Shown here piece after piece: positions 36,402 through 40,716 of a stretch of 40,716 nucleotides of DNA. A program made the translations under genes and the position numbers. The stretch is from a virus. Below the pieces are notes generated by a model. It was not told where the DNA came from. It made no database searches and saw nothing but the letters and a program-made list of their open reading frames with translations. The stretch lies in the UHGV virus genome UHGV-0322864; one strand, 5' to 3'. The stretch's first letter is position 1, and every line of letters begins with the position of its first letter.

Positions 36402-36578
36402 ATGTCTAAGCAAACAATCAAGAATACGCAAGCTGGTTACTCTTATGTCAACTCTCCTTGCTGTGGTGCTCGTGTCAATCTGGTTAAGGAAGAGGTTCGT
36501 ATCGTTCAGCGTGGCGCTACTGTTGTTCGTTCATGCTGTGTCTGTGGTAATGATATTTTTATCAAAGGTAAAGTATGA
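36402..36578 (+). CDS. small Zn-ribbon protein
   Basis: SPCCGARVN ... RSCCVCGNDIF gives a four-Cys ribbon-like arrangement; 58 aa from ATG 36402. Confidence 0.45.
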   Translation: MSKQTIKNTQAGYSYVNSPCCGARVNLVKEEVRIVQRGATVVRSCCVCGNDIFIKGKV

Positions 36579-36826
36579 AAAACTTTCAAGCTGCACCAAT
36601 AACTAAAGTGATTGAAGTTGATGGTGTGATGATGACTGTTCCTCTGAACACTCGTTACATTGCAATTGACAAGATGGGTTATGTATGGGCTTGGAAGATT
36701 AAGCCTAGCTATAACGCACTGTTCGACGAGTTTGTTTGTACTGGTACGTATAGCCCTACATTCTTGGGTTTGTTTGGAGAGTTTGAAGGTAAGTATAAAA
36801 TCATCACTCTCCCTGCTTGTGCTTGA
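36575..36826 (+). CDS. hypothetical small protein (83 aa)
   Basis: ATGA overlap with the upstream gene. Confidence 0.5.
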   Translation: MKNFQAAPITKVIEVDGVMMTVPLNTRYIAIDKMGYVWAWKIKPSYNALFDEFVCTGTYSPTFLGLFGEFEGKYKIITLPACA

Positions 36827-36850
36827 GGTTAATGTGATTTAAACCAGCTT

Positions 36851-36958
36851 TAACGAGAACTCTTAATGAGGATGTATCTTCCCCGCCTTCTAAGCGGTCG
36901 TTAAAGAAGTAATTGGAGTATGCAGGTTCGAGGCCTGTCATCCTCGCTAAGAGTTCTT
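36851..36958 (+). repeat. long imperfect inverted repeat upstream of the HNH gene
   Basis: AACTCTTAATGAGGATG pairs with CATCCTCGCTAAGAGTT (15/17), about 60 nt apart. Confidence 0.5.
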
Positions 36959-36966
36959 GAGGTATT

Positions 36967-37506
36967 ATGAAGCTAGATTTAAGTAAAGCAGTTGTTGATA
37001 AAGGTGTTGGCTATTTGTATGTGTACCAACCAACACACCCTATGGCTAATAAAGCTGGAAAGGTGTATGTTCATAGGTATGTTGCTCAAAATTTCTATGG
37101 TGTCGAACTGAACTCTGACCTAGTGGTTCATCACAAGGATGAGAATAAGTTAAACAATGAGCCATCTAATTTAGAGATCATGACTTATGAGGAGCATAGC
37201 AGGCATCATCATGGGGCTGTTATGGAAGAAAGGTTATGTTCTTTTTGTGGAGAGATTTACCTTGTTTCAGAGAATAGCAACCAAAGGCTTTGCTCACAGG
37301 TTTGCGCCCAATTGGATAGTAGGAGATTTGAGATAACAAAAGAATCTCTTCAATCACTGATAGATACATACCCTGTATATGTAGTAGGACGTCTGTTAGG
37401 TGTTAGTGATGTAGCCATTCACAAAAGATGCAGAAGGCTTGGAGTTGTTAAAAAGCCCCAAGGATTCTGGTTAACCGGAGAAAGACTGAATGAAAAAATT
37501 AAGTGA
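36967..37506 (+). CDS. HNH homing-type endonuclease
   Basis: HNH signature VVHHKDENKLNNEPSNLEIMTYEEHSRHHH, then Cys pairs CSFCGE...CSQVC; 179 aa. Confidence 0.85.
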   Translation: MKLDLSKAVVDKGVGYLYVYQPTHPMANKAGKVYVHRYVAQNFYGVELNSDLVVHHKDENKLNNEPSNLEIMTYEEHSRHHHGAVMEERLCSFCGEIYLVSENSNQRLCSQVCAQLDSRRFEITKESLQSLIDTYPVYVVGRLLGVSDVAIHKRCRRLGVVKKPQGFWLTGERLNEKIK

Positions 37507-37816
37507 TGATGCCATTCAGATGTTAAATGATAGGGCAGAGGAAAGAAAAGATCTTGCTAAGGCTGTTCCGTATTTAGCACCTATTTTATTATTTGTATCC
37601 AGCTTTTACTTTCCAGTTCTTTGGTTTATCACTGGACCTTTGATACTATTTGCTGTGGTTTGGTGTACGTGCAAGTTCACCAAATTTTTATACACAAAAA
37701 GTGTAAAGGTCTATGCAAACGCTAAGAGAGATGGGGAGTTAGATACTCTTGTAGCTGTGATTCTGCTTCTTTCTTTTGTGGCATATCTACTACTAAGCAA
37801 GTGGGGTGTGTTATGA
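37490..37816 (+). CDS. two-TM membrane protein
   Basis: Hydrophobic segments LAPILLFVSSFYFPVLWFITGPLILFAVVWC and LVAVILLLSFVAYLLL; overlaps the upstream stop. Confidence 0.5.
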   Translation: MKKLSDDAIQMLNDRAEERKDLAKAVPYLAPILLFVSSFYFPVLWFITGPLILFAVVWCTCKFTKFLYTKSVKVYANAKRDGELDTLVAVILLLSFVAYLLLSKWGVL

Positions 37817-38109
37817 GTTGGGGTGGTGTAATATCCTTAATCTGTATCTTCATCGTCTGTGTGGCCCTTACAGGCTGCGTACAGAGCCGTCCTGATGGGT
37901 GGTGTGCAGTAGCAGTAAATGGTGCATGTCTATCTACCATTAAAAATGGTAAACCTGTAGCCTCTGGTGATGTTGATATGAGATATGCAGGTATTAAATG
38001 TGTGACTGGATGGAACAGTAAAGAGTGTTCTGGTTCAGTTGAAACTACGGTCAGAGAGTGGGATTATCCTTCAGAGGATAACTCTTCATCTAACGTGAGT
38101 ATTTACTGA
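37813..38109 (+). CDS. Cys-rich lipoprotein (superinfection-exclusion candidate)
   Basis: Signal peptide with lipobox ALTGC (MSWGGVISLICIFIVCVALTGC); five further Cys in the mature part; track start was GTG 37801. Confidence 0.55.
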   Translation: MSWGGVISLICIFIVCVALTGCVQSRPDGWCAVAVNGACLSTIKNGKPVASGDVDMRYAGIKCVTGWNSKECSGSVETTVREWDYPSEDNSSSNVSIY

Positions 38110-38118
38110 GGCGGTAGT

Positions 38119-38361
38119 ATGACAACTCACTACTGGAACACCAAGAAACTTCTGGAAGAAATGAACAGCCAGAGCCATAATCAAATGGTTTCTATGCTTC
38201 GAATGGATGCCAGAGCCTTGCGCTTTCGTATCAAGTGTAAGAAGTTTGACACTGGCGAGTATTACATTCTGAAAGAACGTGTACAGAAAACATTCTTCCT
38301 CCTTTATGGTAGGAAGTTAGGCGTTAATTACGAACATTGGAACACGGATTATGATTATTGA
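38119..38361 (+). CDS. hypothetical small protein (80 aa)
   Basis: SD GAGG upstream of ATG. Confidence 0.5.
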   Translation: MTTHYWNTKKLLEEMNSQSHNQMVSMLRMDARALRFRIKCKKFDTGEYYILKERVQKTFFLLYGRKLGVNYEHWNTDYDY

Positions 38362-38572
38362 TGCAAAAAATGGTGACACTACAGTTGAGATGTCCACCCT
38401 CAAAGATGGGTCTGTATTCAAATGGAACAACGGGTTTTGGGTAAAGACTTCCACTATCTCTTCTGGCTTTCACAAAGCAGTAAACCTACATAACGGTGAG
38501 ATGGATGGGTTTGGACCAACATCCCAAGTGGTCCATATGCCCGAAGCTACACTGACTGGTGTTAATTATTAA
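38351..38572 (+). CDS. small early protein, paralog family member d
   Basis: Motifs DGSVF, GFWVK, AVNLHNGEM; closest to member c. Confidence 0.55.
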   Translation: MIIDAKNGDTTVEMSTLKDGSVFKWNNGFWVKTSTISSGFHKAVNLHNGEMDGFGPTSQVVHMPEATLTGVNY

Positions 38573-38584
38573 TCAGAGGTTGTT

Positions 38585-38719
38585 ATGAAAGTCAAACGTA
38601 TGCTCTTTAGACAGGGGATGTACACCCTCAATGAATACCCAAAAGGTGACACAACCAAGTGGAGTGTTGGGGATTGGATTTCATACATAGACGAGCATGG
38701 TGTCTGGCTTGTGAGTTAA
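38585..38719 (+). CDS. possible small protein (44 aa)
   Basis: ATG with SD GAGG; tightly packed between neighbours; below the track cutoff. Confidence 0.3.
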   Translation: MKVKRMLFRQGMYTLNEYPKGDTTKWSVGDWISYIDEHGVWLVS

Positions 38720-38731
38720 CAAGGAGTTCAT

Positions 38732-38905
38732 ATGAGCTGTTATGGTGGTGGAGAAGTGTATGATGACGATGACATGGAATCCAATGGTACATGTCCTGAT
38801 TGTGGGTGTGAAACTTTTGATGGTGTGTCAGTATACCCTGCCTGTAGTTACTCACCAGTGATCTGTAAAACATGTGGTGATCAGCCATGTGACCAGTCTT
38901 GCTAA
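38732..38905 (+). CDS. possible Cys-rich metal-binding small protein (57 aa)
   Basis: SD AAGGAG; eleven Cys including CPDCGC and CKTCGDQPCDQSC. Confidence 0.35.
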   Translation: MSCYGGGEVYDDDDMESNGTCPDCGCETFDGVSVYPACSYSPVICKTCGDQPCDQSC

Positions 38906-38914
38906 GAGAATATT

Positions 38915-39046
38915 ATGACTGAAGAATTTTTAAAGTGGTTTGGTGATACCTTCAAAGAGTATCTATTCTCTCCAGAAGACCTTGAAGAACTGAAAACCTA
39001 CACTTGGTTGGCTTGGAGAGATAGCCGACGAGAGATGAATAAGTAA
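38915..39046 (+). CDS. possible small protein (43 aa)
   Basis: ATG 10 nt after the upstream stop. Confidence 0.3.
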   Translation: MTEEFLKWFGDTFKEYLFSPEDLEELKTYTWLAWRDSRREMNK

Positions 39047-39057
39047 GAGACGATTAA

Positions 39058-39315
39058 ATGGATTTACTTGATATTTTTATCTCAGTTTACTTTATTGGAG
39101 TATTCCTTTCTGTTTTAGTGCTGAAACTGCTATACAAGAAGGGTTTATTAAAAGGGGTCATTACAACAGGGTCTACCAGCTCTGAACCTGATGAGATGAT
39201 GGTTGTGCTCTTAATTGTGTTGTGGCCTATCTCAATACTGGCAGGAGTTTTTTATCCAATAGGTTGGCTTCTGTTTAAAGCATATGATGCAGTTATGCAT
39301 TTTATCTTTAAGTAA
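39058..39315 (+). CDS. two-TM small membrane protein
   Basis: LDIFISVYFIGVFLSVLVLKLL and MMVVLLIVLWPISILAGVFYPIGWLLF. Confidence 0.5.
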   Translation: MDLLDIFISVYFIGVFLSVLVLKLLYKKGLLKGVITTGSTSSEPDEMMVVLLIVLWPISILAGVFYPIGWLLFKAYDAVMHFIFK

Positions 39316-39733
39316 TATCGTGAAGGATTCTTACGAGAGTCCTTTGAGATAGGACTTCAGATCTCCTATCAAACTAACATTCATGTAACTAGCCCATAAG
39401 GGCGTTACCCTTTAATAACCCAGCCCACTAAGGGGGCGGGAGTTTAGTGCTGGATTAGCATAACGCTTATTCCTACAAAGGCAACCGATTGTTAGATCTT
39501 ACATGCAATATTAATTAATAGGATATGGGAGGGTTCGTCCCCTCCCCCTATTTATAAATTACAGGTATAGCTTATGAGGCTAATTAATGCAGAGCCTACG
39601 GTAAAGCAGTCGCCCGTGGTCGAATGACCGTATGCCCATTGGATGCATTCCTTTGGTGATGGCTAGGGAGTCCGAGCGTAGGTCCGAACCCTACACCTGT
39701 AACCAAATCGAATAACATCTAATTGGAGGATGT

Positions 39734-40045
39734 ATGAAAGCTCGAAGAACTATATGGACTCCGATACAGATTGAAAATCTTCGGAGATTAATCAAAGAGT
39801 ACTCTGTTCAAGAGGTTGCTAAGATTATGAATGTAACGGAGAATGCAGTTAATACAGCTTGCACTAAGTTCGGTATCTCTAGAGCTGTAATCCGAGTTAA
39901 GTGGTCTAAAGAAGAAGACCAGTTCCTTATCCGTAATGCTGGGTTCATGTCTATTCAGAGAATGGCTGACATGCTCGGTAGAAGTTATGCTGCTGTGCAG
40001 AATAGGGCATGTATGCACCTTAACATTAGCCTAAAACTTAAATAG
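39734..40045 (+). CDS. tandem HTH (Myb/SANT-like) DNA-binding protein, putative regulator
   Basis: Two ~45-aa repeats each starting with Trp and carrying an HTH-like core (WTPIQIENLRRLIKEYSVQEVAKIMNVTENAV; WSKEEDQFLIRNAGFMSIQRMADMLGRSYAAVQNR); SD GGAGGA. Confidence 0.55.
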   Translation: MKARRTIWTPIQIENLRRLIKEYSVQEVAKIMNVTENAVNTACTKFGISRAVIRVKWSKEEDQFLIRNAGFMSIQRMADMLGRSYAAVQNRACMHLNISLKLK

Positions 40046-40053
40046 GAATCAAT

Positions 40054-40299
40054 ATGAAGATCATCCCAAAGATTAAAGATAACACTGTTTCACTGGCTAC
40101 AATTATTCCCGGAAACCCTTTCGTAGTTCAGAGAGGAACAGCATCTCCTCAGTATTACATCCGTGTCAGTAACGTGTCCAACAAAATCTCTGTAGAAGAG
40201 GGTTGGATTACGACAGTAAATCTACTGACTGGTGTACTGGGTGTTATGAAAAGTGATGCCCCAGTTGAAGTGATTCGTATGTCTGTGGTTCAGGAGTAA
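40054..40299 (+). CDS. small early protein, paralog family member e
   Basis: Motifs PGNPF, QYYIRV, TVNLLTGVL. Confidence 0.5.
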   Translation: MKIIPKIKDNTVSLATIIPGNPFVVQRGTASPQYYIRVSNVSNKISVEEGWITTVNLLTGVLGVMKSDAPVEVIRMSVVQE

Positions 40300-40306
40300 C
40301 AAGTAG

Positions 40307-40555
40307 ATGAGCACCATTAATATTAAAGTTAAGCATAAGAAAGAGAACATCCTCAGGGTTATGGATTTATTCAGAGCCGACGTCTTTACTTTAAAACAGT
40401 GTCCAACTTCCCATACCTACATGCTAACGAACCCGAGCAATGGTCTTAAGCCCGCTGGGGCGGTTAATCTGGGAACTGGAGAACTTCGGACAATTGCTGG
40501 TGATATGGTTGTTGATGAGAAGTTTAGTAAAGTCGAAATGATCTTAACTCCTTAG
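40307..40555 (+). CDS. small early protein, paralog family member f
   Basis: Motifs ADVFTL, TYML, AVNLGTGEL. Confidence 0.5.
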   Translation: MSTINIKVKHKKENILRVMDLFRADVFTLKQCPTSHTYMLTNPSNGLKPAGAVNLGTGELRTIAGDMVVDEKFSKVEMILTP

Positions 40556-40563
40556 GAAAACAA

Positions 40564-40680
40564 ATGAGACTTAAAGCATATTCTTATGACGATATGATTA
40601 ACCAAAAAGGCTTCGGTCAACGACAGCCTGACGGTTCAATTATCTGGTTCGTAAACGGACAGAAAAAGGTAGCTAAATAA
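40564..40680 (+). CDS. possible small protein (38 aa)
   Basis: ATG 8 nt after the upstream stop; below the track cutoff. Confidence 0.25.
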   Translation: MRLKAYSYDDMINQKGFGQRQPDGSIIWFVNGQKKVAK

Positions 40681-40696
40681 GCCCTCTTCTCTCCTC

Positions 40697-40716
40697 CTTT
40701 TAGTACTATGACGCCT
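40697..40716 (+). repeat. copy 2 of 20-nt motif (TCCTTTTAGTACTATGACGC)
   Basis: Lies ~17 nt after the stop at 40680; preceded by a pyrimidine tract like copy 1. Confidence 0.6.

Noticed and set aside
38628-38888. His-rich 86-aa minus-strand ORF (also 35595-35849 minus)
   Set aside because: Antisense to three tightly packed plus-strand small genes with SDs; composition looks like an antisense artefact
39392-39440. Resemblance of CCCACTAAGGGGG and ATAGGGAGTC-type strings to T7/T3-class single-subunit RNAP promoters
   Set aside because: Matches are short and partial, spacing does not fit the 23-nt consensus, and no single-subunit RNAP gene is in the window
39560-39705. tRNA-like elements: a T-arm-like hairpin GTAGG-TCCGAAC-CCTAC followed by ACCTGTA-A-CCA
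   Set aside because: The only complement to the 3' acceptor strand lies ~135 nt upstream, position 55 of the putative T-loop is C not U, and no D or anticodon arm could be built; I could not support any tRNA call
1-40716. Integrated prophage or temperate element
   Set aside because: No integrase, repressor, att-like flanks or host genes; the organisation (strong early promoters, divergent late operon, HNH gene, dense small early genes) fits a virulent phage fragment

Overview
This window reads as a ~40.7 kb fragment of a tailed dsDNA phage, podovirus-like in that no tail tube, sheath or tape-measure gene is seen. Positions 1-26684 are one minus-strand late/structural operon: two unknown proteins, putative TerS, TerL, portal, scaffold, major capsid protein with an apparent -1 frameshift Ig-like extension, an adaptor-like protein, two tail fibres with collar and intramolecular-chaperone domains, a small membrane protein plus GH24 lysozyme, further fibre-like proteins, a large Ig-domain protein, an SLT transglycosylase, two Q/N-rich paralogs and internal-protein candidates. 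Positions 26685-27825 are a divergent non-coding region full of short repeats. Positions 27826-40716 are a plus-strand early region of about 35 small genes behind consensus sigma70 promoters, including a tandem promoter cluster with a 1.6 kb ORF-free stretch, a six-member paralogous small-protein family, an HNH endonuclease, a SleB-like hydrolase, and Zn-ribbon, HTH, membrane and lipoprotein genes. No rRNA, confident tRNA, CRISPR array, integrase, repressor or replication gene was found. All calls rest on reading the sequence and ORF track by eye; domain names are motif-level recognitions, not database hits, and coordinates of motifs and hairpins are approximate (about +/-2 nt).
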